Below are positions 48,201-62,045 of a DNA stretch of 64,000 nt, one piece after another. Each line of letters starts with the position of its first letter. Position 1 is the stretch's first letter. Source of the stretch: Azolla caroliniana (taxonomy: Eukaryota; Plantae; Polypodiophyta). Under the pieces are notes generated by a model, which was given only the letters and a program-made list of their open reading frames with translations, searched no databases and had not been told where the DNA came from. The position numbers and the translations under genes were made by a program. The stretch spans positions 14,074,001 through 14,138,000 of the forward strand of contig JBHGNT010000003.1 in the NCBI GenBank assembly GCA_043228905.1. The letters run 5' to 3'.

Positions 48201-48687
48201 GGCTAAGCTTTATGGATGATTGGGTCATTTGGCCAAATTATACGGACAGTCGCATGCAACTAAAAGTAAAAGGCATGCAACTAAAAGTGGACATGCAAAG
48301 TAACATTGGAAAGGAGGGTCAACAAAGAGCTGGATATATGTTCCATTTTTTCCCTCTACTTTTCTTTTTTCCCTTCTTCTTCTCCCTACCATTCTTTGGG
48401 GAAGAAATCTCTCTCATATTGATATCAGACCACTCCTTACATGGTTGTTGGCTCCTTTCTTTAAAATTTTTATCTCTCATATTCATCTCATCTCCAACCC
48501 ATTGTAACAAGATTCTTGAATTATAAAAGAATCTATTTTCTTATGCAATAAACTACCGTTTTCTCTCATCTACTCATCTTATATGTGAAATTTTGCTTGT
48601 GTTGTACGTGTTGCACTAATTCCTTCTAGTCCAGAACCCCGGCGGTTCCGCCTCGCGATCCGCACATAGTGACGGATTTTCACGACA

Positions 48688-51600
48688 ACGGTCTATCACA
48701 TGCCAGACAGAGGAGCACGCAAGGCAAAAACCTTGCCTCAATGATATCTATCCGGACCACAAAGTCGACTCCACGCTCACCCAGCACCGTGACGTCAAGC
48801 AAGAAGTTCTCTCACCGCACGAGTACCGTGATCTTTCCCAACCCACCATAACATCCGGAATGGCCTTCTCCTACCCACGCTTTAATGGTGAAATAGACGC
48901 CGCAAGCCAGATTCCTGAACGTTTGGAATGCGAATCACATGACGCAACGATTTCCAGAAGAGGAAGCACACCAGTCAAAAATGACAGAGTTTGGTTTAAC
49001 TCTGGATGGTAGAGCTGGGTTTTGGCATTCATAGATGGATCTACCAGCAATCCACACCTTCAACCAATTGCAGTAAGCATTTCTGTGATTTTTTCATTGG
49101 AGGGTACCTCAACACGAAATCATTGGGCAGTTTTACCCAATCAAGCAGTTGCCAGCAGAATCGGTCGTGGACTTTAGCTTACGCTTCCAAAATCTATGGC
49201 AGAAATTAGAATGGGCCCCGACAGATGACGAGGTTAGGGAGACGTTTTTGGTAGCCCTGCGATGGCCTATCAGGACGACGCTAAACACACGTACTGTGAA
49301 AGGGGAAACAACCGACATGGTCATCGAGCGAGCATTACAACTTGAGTTGGATGAAGAGGAGGAAGTATTTTCTCTATCCTCATTACGACAGGTGTTGCCT
49401 CAGGACGAGGAACGCCACTTTTGTCAAGTTATTCAGTGCACGATTTGCCTCAATTCTGAGCATTCCGCGGTGGAATTCAATATGTGAATTGACTGCCCAA
49501 TTTGTCACTTAAAGGCACACACGGTCGAGCAGTGTGAGTACAATATGCTGAACAGACCTACGCCCACAGTACGACGTGTAGAACCACAACGACCACCTCG
49601 CCGAAATGATCAAAGGCGCCAAGAGGAACGACCCCGATATACGGATCGAAATCCACGCGATGACCTGCACTATCGTAATTTCCAGAATAACAACGATTCC
49701 AATGAAGAGGAGCCGGAGGACGAAGAATATCAGGGCAACCACCGGTATAATAAAGGAGGGCGTCGTTACGACAACCATTGTTCGACGAACAGGCATGGTG
49801 GATTCAATGGGCCTCACTCACAAGGAAGGCATCGACAGTATCGGGACCAACGGCATTATGACGAAAGTTCAGATGATGACCGGCGCCAGCAGTCACGCAG
49901 GGACCAACCGCAAGCACCCTGGAATTCCAGGAGAATGCAACAAGACTATGAGGAGCCAACGACGCTTGGGGATAGGAATCCGTCGTCAGCTGCAGAGAAA
50001 GGAGAGTTTAGCGCACATTGTTTTGTCTGCCAACAACTCGGACATTACGCAACTCAATGTCCACTGCGCAAGGGCAAAGGACCAGCCGTAAATACGATTA
50101 CGGCGGAAGTTCAGCAAGTCACGACACGGCAACAAACAAAGAATGTTGACTGGGTTGCAGAAGATGAGGTACGCAAAGCGGCCCAAGCATGGGTAGAAAA
50201 AGCAAATGCGGCAAATATGACGCGTATGCAGCAGGAGTTTGCAACCAATGTTGGGCCGATAGAAGAAAACATAATATCCCCGAACCCCATATGGCATGCA
50301 CTGGCAGGCTGCGAAATAACCATGACTATGGAAAAACTCCTTCAACTAGTTCCATGATTTTGGCAGGCCGTAGAAGATCGCATAACAGGCAGGCCTGTTA
50401 TAAACGTCTCAGCAAATTTTGCCGAAACTAGCGTCGGACCAACAATGGTGGATCACCACAATCCATCCATTAAGCTAGTACTACACGGGCAAGAAATAGT
50501 AGGCTGTATAATCGACGGGGGCTCGGGCGTTAATGTGATTAGTGCAAAGACGTGTGAACAGTTAGGAATTTCGGAATGGGAAGCTTGCCCCTTTTAGCTT
50601 CGCATGGCGGATACCCGATCTGTCAGGCCCTTAGGGTTAATCCGGAAACTATGCATCGTCATTGGCGGTCACCGCTTTGACATCTCGGCGGTAGTACTTG
50701 CACTTGACGCTCCGGCAGTGTACCCAATACTACTTGGCAGACCTTGGCTTCATTTGGCTAACATCAAACAGAGCTGGCAACATAATTGTATCAGTTTCCG
50801 ACGAGGACGCAACAAAGTTCGCGTACCCACAAAAGAAATGACGACGCAACCCAAAGGAATGACACCATTGTAAGCTACTCCTACTACACTTCACGAAGAG
50901 GCTTATGAACCAGACCCAAAGTCGATAATGGAATTAAACCGAGCACAGGCCGCGCTCGAGAAAGAAATGGAAATTTCACGACGAGTCATTGCCTCAGCAT
51001 TGGAAGAAGTTAACGTAGGAACAACAACAGATCCCTAATTACTCTCCATCACAAAAGACTTACTACCGGATCAGAAAGAGGCGATGTTAGCTCTGCTCAA
51101 GGAATATAAAGATGTGTTCACGTGGTCCCATGAAGACATGAAGGGATTAGATCCAAAATTCTACCAGCATAAGATCAATTTAGCTACCGATGCAAAACCT
51201 ATTCAGCAGCGTTGATACCGAATGAATCTGAATTATGCGGCTTGCGTAAAAGAAGAAATTGACAAACTTCTCAAGGCTAGATTCATTCGACCAATCAAGC
51301 AAGCTACGTGGCTAAGCCCGATAGTCGTAGTCCCGAAGAAAAATGGAAAAATCCGCGTTTGCGTAGACTATCGGAAATTGAACGTGGTAACTATTACGGA
51401 TGCGTCTCCCTTACCTTTCACGGACAGTGTACTGGACGTAGTAGCAGGGCATGACATGTACAGTTTTCTAGACGGCTTTAGTGGATACAATCAAGTACGC
51501 ATGCATCCTGACGACCAAGAGAAGATGGCGGTTGTCACCGACTGGGAGTTTATGTCGCGGTAGTCATGATGTTCGGGTTAAAGACGACGCTTGCTACATT

Positions 51601-54600
51601 CCAACAGACAATTACGGAAATTGTTGGGGATTACATACCCACCTTCATGCAAGTCTTTCTGGACAATTTCGAAGTGTATAGGACAACAGCCGACCATCTG
51701 AGTCATTTACGACTGTGCTTGGAGCGCTGCCAAGCTGCACGCTTAAGCCTGAATCCAACCAAATGCGCGTTTAGCGTCACAAGGGGAGCCCTCCTCGGCC
51801 ACATCGTCAGCAAGGAGGGGATAGCGGTGGATCCTAATAAACTTTCCACGATCATTCATGCAAAAACGCCGACAACGGCCAAAGCACTCAGCCATTTTCT
51901 AGGAGAAATACGTTGGCATAGTCATATGTTACGATATTTGGCAGATTTCGCCACGCCGTTACATGCCGCCGTCCACCGTACACCTTTCAACTGGACTGCA
52001 ACTGAAGAAAAAACGTACGATGCGCTAAAAATAATGCTGACTCAAGCACCAATCATACAACCACCAGATTGGGGGAAACCATTTCACGTTTTTGTAGACG
52101 CCTCAAACATAGCAATAGGTAGTGTGTTGATGCAACTCATGGAGCCAAATTGGTATCAAAGGCGGAGTGTAACTACTCCACAATGGAACGAGAAGCGTTG
52201 GGGATGATATACAACATCAATAAATTCCGACATTATCTACTGGGGCAGAAATTTACGTTTCACGTGGACCATACTGCGTTGTTATACCTAGTGGGAAGTA
52301 AGCGCTAATAGGAAAATTGGCTAGATGGATGTTATATAACATCGACCTGGTATGCAACACATTGTAGCGGATTTCTTAAGCAGGATAGATAATGGAGAAA
52401 TGGTGCGAAAGGATGACGACGACTTTCCTGATGCAGACATCCTACGGATCGCAACTATAGCGACACGTACGGAAAAAACTTTTCCTGATCGTTGGTTGAT
52501 GGAGATGACATTCTTTCTAACCACAGGATTACCGCCGCCGCAATTAAGGACGGACGAAAAGAAACGATTGGCCATCTGAAGTTGTAACTTCTGTTTGGTC
52601 GAAGGGGTCTTGTATCACAAAGGCAACGACAGAATCTAGCAACGCGGAATACACCAGGACGAGAAGGAAGTGGTTTTACGTGAAGCTCATTGTGGTACGG
52701 CAGGAGGACACTATGTGGGTGATGTTATGGCTCGTAAAGTTTGGCAAGCCAAGCTATGGTGGTCGACTACGCAAAAGGATGCGTATGAATATTGCAAACA
52801 ATGTGATTTGTGTCAACGGATGGGCCAACCCACAGAGGTCACAAGGATGCCACATCAACTAGTGTTGTCGTTGGATCCATTCCAGAAATGGGGACTCGAT
52901 TTCGTGGGGTCGTTTACACTAGCGGCAGGTCGGACTGGCAATAAATATATACTCGTGGCTACTGATTATTGCGCCAAGTGGGTGGAAGCGAAAGAACTAC
53001 GAGAAAATATCGTGGCAGTGACGACGAAATTTCTCTATGAACACATCTGGTGTCATTTTGCCTACCCTATCGAGCTCATCAGCGACCAAGGAAGCCACTT
53101 TTTGAATTCGGTCATCCGGGAGCTGACACAACACTATGTCGTTGTCCACAAGAAAAGCATGTTGTATTATCCACAAGCGAATGGTTTAGCGAAGTCACGA
53201 ACAAAACGTTACAAACCATACTGAAAAAGATCGTCAATGAGAACAAAACCGACTGGGATACCAAATTACACAACGCGTTATGGGCGTACCGAACCAGCTA
53301 TAAGACTAGCATACAATCCACGCCTTTCCGGCTAGCATTTGGGCTGGAGGCCATAATGCCAATCGAATTTCAGGTACCCAGTCTGCGAATTCAGGTACGA
53401 GACTGGTTATCAGAAGACAAATCCGAACAAATACGGCTACAACAGCTGCTCAAACTAGGTGAGACACGATTACGAAGCATGGCCATACTGGAACAAGAGT
53501 AGCGTTGACGTAAAGCATTTGTGGACCGGCATTGAAATGCGTGTGAAAAAGATTTTGCGGTTGGTAGAGCGTTCTTCGTCTTTCAAACACGGATGGGGCA
53601 AATGCTAGGTAAATTACGATTCCGCTGGACGGGGCCGTACTGGATAGATGGCACAGAAAACGACATGTTTCAACTAGGCATCCTGGCCAGAGAAGTGTTA
53701 CGACAAAAGGTGAATGGGTTTCGACTAAAACCCTACCTGGGATTGGTGCCATCAAACCCGTTCCACTCCGTAAACGACACATCCGAAGAATCCGCAGATT
53801 AATTAAAGGGACCCACATGTATTATAGTGTAACAGTAATATTGTATTTAACCGTTAGAAGAAAAAAAAAAAAGAAAAAAAAAGAGGAGAAGATAGTGACG
53901 CTATTAAAAGGACTTGATGCATGCACAAACATCTAGAGCAAGAACATGCGGCACCACGATGGCACACAAGCCAATGAACCCTAGGCCAATTAACCATGTT
54001 TTTAAACTCATTTTTATTCTTAATCTTGGACATAATTATGTTTTAATGTTTTAATCTCTCTCTCCCCCTCTCTCACCCACTACCCTCCCTTTACCTTATT
54101 TTAGGTTTATGTTTCTAGTTTTATGATTACGTTTTTAGTTTTCTTTTTCTTTTTCTTTTTCTTTTAGGGTTAGTTTTATGTGTTAATTGTTTTCATTAGT
54201 GTTTATGTTTAGCCTTAGCATGTTAATCCTCTCCCCTCTCGGTTTTTTAGTTATGTTCTTTACTCCCATTTTTTAATTATGTTCTTTAATCTCGTTTTTT
54301 TATTTTTAGTTTTAATCCTAAACTTAATCTCCTATCCCCACTCCCTCCTTCCTCCTTTACACCAAGCATTTTCACGATTTAGCTGCGCTCCAATCAACCT
54401 TGGTGTTCCTCCTCTCCAACATCTTCTCCAACCTCTACCCACCGATGACCCCCCATTTCACACTCCTTGTTCCAACCGTAAGGTCTATAATCAAAACAAT
54501 CTTCAACCCTTAACCCTCCTCGCTTTCGTCACTCTCCTCACTCACCCTACTCCCCATCATACCACAAAGCCCATGCCTGCCATAGCCAGCAAACATCACC

Positions 54601-55371
54601 CACTAACCACGAATCTCATCCACCTACAATGCGGATCACTATTTCCGCCGCCTTGCACAAATGGCTCCTCGAAAAGAAATTGGATGGATACATCAATGTC
54701 GCTGAGACACCTGCTCACCTTGAAACCCTGGAAATTGCCAGGAAGCTCAACATGGACACTGTCACCAACGCTACCATCCGGAAGAAGTTTGACTTATCAT
54801 CAATTGGGGAGAAACATTTCGACATCCCTCCTGTGGAAACCCTGCAGAGATATTTCGGGGCATATTCGATGTCCGCCAAAGCATACAGGACGAAGGAAAT
54901 CCCCAACCCCTTCTTTTGAGAAATAGCCAAGTTCTTGTTGGAGGTAGGATGCATGCACATAAATGCCTATGGGATGCCAAAGCAGAAGGCAGGCATCATC
55001 ATTTATACCTTTGAAGGGCGTGCGGTCGATTGGGGGGTAATTACGGGACCAACTTTACGGGAAGGCCTGCACGCGTATCAAGGCAGCAAAAAGCCAAGGT
55101 CAATCATACAACAGTATGTGACGATACTATTCCCACCCCGAGGTCTGCCCGCACCACAGCCCCGTAAACCCATGCCGCCGCAACGTTCCGCGAAATGGCG
55201 GTTAGTAGAGTTGGCTACCACAGAATGGGAAGATGAACCACAATCTTCCCAGCCTAGCACGCGAACAACACAGGAAGAACGGCCGACAAGTAGGGAGGAA
55301 GCCGAGAAACGCCTAGAAAGCCAGAGGCCAAAACGGCGTAGGCTGGACAGGAAAGATGGGCATGGACTGGT
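48688..55371 (+). mobile_element. Decayed gypsy U: gag-PR-RT-RH-INT plus extra ORF, interrupted at 55372 by element T
   Basis: Gag homologous to 56420-57250; IIDGGSGVN; FLDGFSGYNQ; FHVFVDAS; GLDFVG; RWTGPY; extra ORF at 54629-55371. Confidence 0.92.
54629..55371 (+). pseudogene. Extra ORF N-terminal domain of element U
   Basis: YFGAYSMSAKAYRT and FEGRAVDW align with YFGEYSISSKAYRT and YEGLQVDW at 62046-62699. Confidence 0.8.
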
Positions 55372-55729
55372 TGTTGGCCGGTCAGAAGAGCAAGGACAAG
55401 TGGTAAGGCGGAGTCGGATCGGATAATAGGAAGTAAATAATAGTAGAATTATTATTCGAAGGGACGGATCCGGTACAGTTGTACCGATCCGGATCCGGAC
55501 CGATTCAGATGTCGGTTGCCTAAGCGCACCGATTGTAACCTTGCCGGATGCCTATAAAAGGATCCGATGATTTGTAAAGGGTTTGACGAAAGTAATACAA
55601 AAGTAATTATTGCGTGTTTATCTGTATCTTCGTATTGTTTACCGTCTGTGCTTAATTGTAATCATCTTATGCGTGTAACCTAGCATCCAATCCTTACCAC
55701 CCCTTTGGAGAAGTGTCGGATAGACACCT

Positions 55730-58700
55730 GTGTTGAGGCTAGTCCGGCCAGGCAGACAACACTATTTTGGCGACCATGATTCCTGCAAAGTGCAGAGGAC
55801 AACCGGGGGATGGATGTCTAGACCAAACGACGACCACATCACCGAACGAGGGAGACGATACACCGAATGCGAGCAACGATGGGAAGCCCTGCAGCAAGCC
55901 GTCGACGAGATCCGGCGGGATCGGTCATTCTCCAAAACTCTTCGGAGAGTCGCAGAAGAAGCACTGCAGTTCCGGGTTCTGCAAATCCCCGACGAAGGCA
56001 GTAGCATAACAAGCCTGCAAGAGGCGGAAACAATACTACAGACGCTCGCCGGGGGCGACGGGGACTCGGAAGCATTCGCAACACTTGAGGCGGAGTCGGA
56101 AAGCGACGGAAGCGTTGCGTCCCGGTATAAAAGCAGCCACGACATACCAAACGACCCGGGGGAAGGGGGGTCGGAAGACTCAGTAACACCGGAGCCAGAG
56201 GAAGAAATAACCTTGGAGTTCGGTGACCGGCAATCGCCGAGGGAGGCTGACCAAATACCGACAACACCCGCGAAGGAACCGAAGGAGCGGATACGGACAA
56301 CACCCGCGGAGGAACTAAAGGAGCGGATACCGGCACCAACCGCGGAGGAACCAAAGGTTCTCACACCGACGCCAACAGCGGACAGAGAGCGGAGAAAGCA
56401 GGAGAGTCAGTTGGACGACACGATGCCGTACCCATACCCAAAGTACCGAGATGAGCCCGACGCGGAGGCACACGTGTACGCATTCCTCCAAACATGGGAA
56501 GCCAACCATGTCTCCCAAAGACTGACGGAGCCCAAAGCCGAACGATCCAAAGTCGCCGAATTCGGCATGACCTTAGAAGGACCGGCGGCCCGATGGCACG
56601 CAAAGCACTTACCGGGCAGCTTTGCCACATTCGATGCCTTGAAGGCTAGATTCCTCAGGCTTTTTCACAGACAAGTTGAGCAAAGGGAATTGGTCGGGCA
56701 GTTCTACACCACCCGGCAGGAAGAGAACGAGACTGTGCCACAATTCATCATTCGGTTTCAGACCCTGCACAGCCAACTGACGAGAGCACCACCCGAAGAC
56801 GAAGCCAAAGCAGTCTTTTTGGCCGCGCTGAAAGAGCCACTTCGAACAATGTGCGGAGTCCTTGATTTCCACACCAGCACAATGGACCAAGTTATTGATC
56901 GGGTTTTAGAAATGGACAAGACTAGCCCCTTCTTGTCGATGGGGATGTTACACCGGGCACTCCCGAAGGAGGAAGACCTGAGGTTCCGACAGGCCTTACA
57001 ATGCACAACATGCCTAAATTCGGGCCACTCAACAGTAGACTGCACCCTGCAGATACAATGTATGATCTGCAACTCTCGAGCCCATACAACGGACCGATGC
57101 GAATATAACCTGTTAAATCGGCAGGCAGCACCGGTTCGACACATAGAACCGCGCAATCAGAACCCGGATGAGGATCGATTCCGGAGAGACGACCGCTACC
57201 AACGCGAACGCGGTAACAGATACGCTGATAGAAGACGCGATAACTATGACTGAGAGGAGAAACGCAGAGATAGCTACCCCCGGGACCGGTACGACCGAGA
57301 CGAATCCCCGGAATACGAACGACGCAGAGAAGAGAGGTGACAAGGGAACCGAAATTTCCGACGGAATCAGAAGCGTGGATTTTTCCGAAGAGAGGAACGT
57401 CGGGAGGCAGCGAGGAATGACAACCCAGTATCGGTACCGGATAACCGAAAAACCGAAGACGACCGCCGAAGCATACCCACCCTCCAAACCGGGGACAAAG
57501 GAGAAACGAGCAACAGTCACAAGGTGTACTGTTATTACTGCCGTAAGGAAGGCCATTATAGTAACCAATGCCCAAGCAAAACCAAGGACAAGCAGCCGGC
57601 AGTCAACATGGTTACAGCCGAAATAACAGAAGTACATCAGGTCACAACCCGGTCAAAGGGAAAGACCGCCGAGTGGGAAGCCCAGGAGGCAATCAGAAAA
57701 CAAGCGGCGCAATGGATCAAGGAGGCCAATGAACAGAATGCGGCAGAAGTAAGAGACCAAAATATGCCAAAAGACGAAGAAATCATACAGCCAGGAGAAA
57801 ACCCGACGTGGCAAGCGCTACAGGACTGTCAAATCGTGCTACCGTTAGCACGGTTACTACAGTTGGTGCCACGGTTTACGGCAGACTTACAGGCATCTGT
57901 GAGCAAACCGAAGCCGACGCCAGCACCGGCATTCTTCTCCAATTCGGAGGAAGGAACAACGGTGGTCGATACAAGTAGCCCGGTGATCACGGTAATCGTG
58001 AAAGGAAAGGAAATTGCTGGAACGATTATTGACGGAGGCTCCGGGGTAAATGTCATCAGCCGACAGACATGCGATAACCTGGGCATCCGGGAATGGGAAC
58101 CATGCCCCTTCTGGTTACGCATGGCGGATACCAGCTCAATCCGACTGGCCGGGCTTATCCGGGATTTGGAAGTAACGATCGGAGGCCACGTATTCCGGAT
58201 ATCGGCCGTGGTGCTGCAGCTGAATGTACAAGGCGCGTACCCCCTACTGCTAGGACGACCATGGCTGCGAACGGCGCATATCAAGCAGAACTGGCAAAAG
58301 AACATGATCACATTCCGGTGAGGGAAAACAAAGGTACGAGTAACGACGCAACCACGGGTGATCGCCAGTAAGGAAGCAACTCCATTGTATGCGGAAAGCA
58401 TCAACATGTTGGAGGGATTACCGGACGAGGAAGTCGAGCGGTACCTCGAGGAACACCCACGAATCGTCCCACTATTTGAGGTGGATATCACGGTGGCAGT
58501 AGAACCGTACATTACGACGCCGGATGAACCGGACCAAGCGGCGATCCGGGAACTGCAACAAGCGCAGGAATCCCTAGAGAGGGAAATGACGATATCCCAG
58601 AGGGTAAAAGCATCCCAACTAGAGGAGGTGGACCTCGGCACAACAGACAAGCCCCGACCGGTAAATGTCGCAAAGGAATTGCCGAAGGAAGAAAAGAAGG

Positions 58701-61621
58701 CAATGGTAGCATTATTAACAGACTTCAAGGATGTGTTCGCGTGGTCGTACGAAGACATGCTAGGGCTGGACCCCCAACTCTATCAGCACCAAATTCACCT
58801 AAGTACGGACGCGAAACCCATCGCTCAACGCAGGTACCGGATGAATCCGAATTATGCGGCGAAGGTGAAGGAGGAAATTGATAAGCTCCTCCGGGTCGGA
58901 TTTATCCGACCGGTCAAGCAGGCAACCTGGCTGAGTCCGATAGTGGTGGTCCCGAAAAAGAACGGCAAAATCCGGGTATGTGTGGACTATCGCAAACTAA
59001 ATGCCGCAACAGTGACCGATGTGTTTCCACTACCATTTACGGACGGGGTGTTAGATGCGGTAGCCGGCCACGAAGTTTACAGCTTCCTGGATGGATTTAG
59101 CGGCTACAACCAAATACGAATAAACCCGGCCGACCAGGAGAAGACAGCGTTCGTTACGGAATGGGGAGTGTTCGTCGCGGTCGTGATGATGTTCGGACTA
59201 AAGACGGCTCCAGCGACCTTTCAAAGGATAATAATGGAAATTTTCGGGGAATATATCCCCGGTTTTATGCAGGTCTTCCTTGACGATTTCGCGGTCTACA
59301 GCCGGCACGGAGAGCATCTCGATCACCTCCGGCTGTGCTTGGAGAAGTGCCGCGAGTACCGATTGAGTCTGAACCCGGCCAAGTGCGTCTTTGGAGTGGC
59401 AAGCGGCAACTTACTAGGGCACATGGTGAGTAAGGAAGGAATCGCGGTAGATCCGGATAAAGTCAAGGCGATTCTCGAGGCACCAGCACCAAATAACGCA
59501 AAGGCTCTAAGCCGGTTCCTGGGCCAAATAAGGTGGCATAGCCGGATGATACGGCACCTCGCAGACTTCGCTACACCATTACATACCGCCGTACACAGGG
59601 TACCCTTCCTATGGGCGGAGACGGAGGAGGAAGCCTACCAAGCGTTGAAGGATATGCTGTCGCAAGCTCCGGTGGTGCAACCGCCGGATTGGAGTAAAAG
59701 CTTTCACGTCTTCGTCGACGCGTCGGACATAGCAATCAGCAGCGTTCTGATGCAACTCACGGAGCCGAAATGGTACCGACCGGTGTACTACGCAAGCCAG
59801 AAACTCTCAAAAGCCGAACGGAATTACTCTACGACGGAACACGAGGCATTGGGAATGGTGTATAGTGTCACAAAGTACATGCACTATCTGCTCGGAAGGA
59901 AGTTTTCCTTCCATGTCGACCATTCGGCACTACTCTACCTGGTCTCGAAGGCATCCCTGACGGGAAAAATTGCACGATGGACACTACTGTTACAGGAATT
60001 TGAATTCGACATTTTCCACCGACCCGGGGCGCAGCATGCGGTAGCTGACTACCTAAGCAGACTCGAATCCGGAGAAGCAGGGGACGGCGTCCAGGATGAG
60101 TTCCCCGACGCCGAGTTGTTCCAGATCACGACGAAACCGGCAACGGATGCAACGGTAGCCGATGAAGACACGTGGCTAACTGAGATGCATCAGTTCCTGA
60201 GCACCGGAGTACCCTCGGAGAACATGGACCGCGATGAAAGGAAAAGGGTAGCAGTAAGAAGCAGACATTTCTGCTTGGTTGGAGACACCCTCTATCACAA
60301 GGGGGCAGATGGCATCTGGAGACGAGCAGTGCGGAGCGATGAGAAGGATTTAATCCTCAGGGAAGCCCACTGTGGAATTGCCGGCGGGCATTATGCCGGC
60401 GGCGCAACCGCTCGGAAAATATGGCAGAGCGGACTGTGGTGGCCCACCACCCTAAAAGATGCCGTGAAGTATAGCAGAGAATGAGATTTGTGTCAACGAC
60501 TGGGCCAACCCACGGAGCAGGCCTGGATGCAACACCACCCGGTCTTGCCATTGGAACCGTTTCAAAAGTGGGGTTTGGACTTTGTCAGTCCCTTCAAGCC
60601 ACCGGCAATGCGAACCAGAAATCGGTATGTCATAGTGGCGACCGACTATTGCACCAAATGGGTAGAAGCAAAGGCCTTACGGGACAACACGGCCGCGTCC
60701 ACGGCAAAGTTCCTGTACGAGTGCATATGGTGCCGGTATGGATGCCCGATCGAGCTTATAAGTGACCAAGGAGGACATTTTCTCGGGCAGGTAGTAGAAA
60801 GCCTGACGTCATTTTACGCGGTGGTACATAAAAGGAGTACTCCCTACTACCCTCAAGCCAATGGATTAGCGGAATCAACGAACAAAACTCTGCAGAACAT
60901 CCTACGAAAAATTGTCAACGAGAACCGGAACGACTGGGATACGAAATTGCAAAGCGCGCTATGGGCGTACCGAACAACGTACAAAACCAGCATCCGGACA
61001 ACCCCGTTCCGACTAGCATTCGAGTTAGAAGCGGTCATGCCGGTAGAGTTCCAGATCCCCAGGTTACGGATTCAGGTAAAGGAGCGCTTAAGTGAGAAGG
61101 AGTCCGAACGAATCCGGCTGGCGACGTTATTGGAATTAGAAGAAAACCGAATAGCCATCTTACTACAACTCGAACTGGAGCAAAGGAGGAGAAAAGCTTT
61201 CGTGGACCGACACCGGCATGGCAACGAAAAGGAGTTCGAAGTCGGGAAACCGGTGCTACTATTCCAGACACGGATGGGGAACATGCCGGGAAAGTTGCGG
61301 TTTCGGTGGACCGGACCGTTCTGGATCACCAAGGAGTACAATGGGTCATATCAGCTCGGCACGTTGTCTGGAGATGTCATCGGTAAGTGGGCAAATGGGT
61401 TTCGGCTAAAGCCGTATAAGGGAAATATGCCAGCCAACCCGTTCAAGCAAAACCCGGAAATCCGGCAAGATAAGGAACCGACACCGACAGACGCTGCTGA
61501 AGATATTCGAACCGAGGAAGAACCGACACCGATACTGACAAAGACTATCCCGGAAAATCGACAGAAGGATCCGATATCAACGCGAACCGACCCGAACAAA
61601 TCGGGGGGGACCAGAAAATGA
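55730..61621 (+). pseudogene. Element T gag-pol polyprotein in one frame with four in-frame TGA stops (57251, 57338, 58319, 60482)
   Basis: ORFs 55730, 57524, 58358 and 60488 share one frame; three CCHC knuckles, IIDGGSG, FLDD, VDASD, integrase, RWTGPF. True start is probably the ATG near 55814. Confidence 0.92.
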
Positions 61622-62045
61622 CGTGGTCCAAACAAAGGAAAAAAAAAAAAAAAGAAGAAGAAGAAAAAATGACGTGGGCCAAATCGGCGTGAATCATAGT
61701 AGTGATGGGGAGATCACAAGAGGTGGGAGCGCCACCATGCAACGAAGAGGCGCCATGCATTAAAGAAGGACGTGCGCGTACTTGCTATTTAAAGCATGGA
61801 ACGTGGGCACTCACACGCGGCAAGCAAGAAAGGACATACTAATTATGGCGGGAGATGAACATGCGCGGGAAACGAAAAAGGGCGGCTCGAGGCAAAAGCT
61901 ACTATATAAGACACAGGCCTGCGAAGGACTTACTTTTTACGAATTTTCCTACACATAGGCGCAGAAGCACAGAAGAGCGATCCGACGCACAACGCACACA
62001 CAGCCCAATCCTGAACAACAGACAGCAGAAGAAGAATTCGAAACA

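Larger units (their letters stand above)
37590..48687 (+). mobile_element. Decayed non-chromovirus gypsy W (possibly Phygy-like); partial 5' LTR 37590-38393, 3' LTR 47510-48687
   Basis: PBS TGGTAAACCCGACGTGA at 38402 (tRNA-Trp-like); protease LIDHGSEIN; RT DLYSGYDQ and LDD; RNase H; integrase ADRGEL and RWFGPY; G-rich tract before 47510. Confidence 0.92.

Noticed and set aside
47771-48526. Cys/Arg/Val-rich ORFs
   Set aside because: Translations of the alternating purine-pyrimidine LTR repeat.
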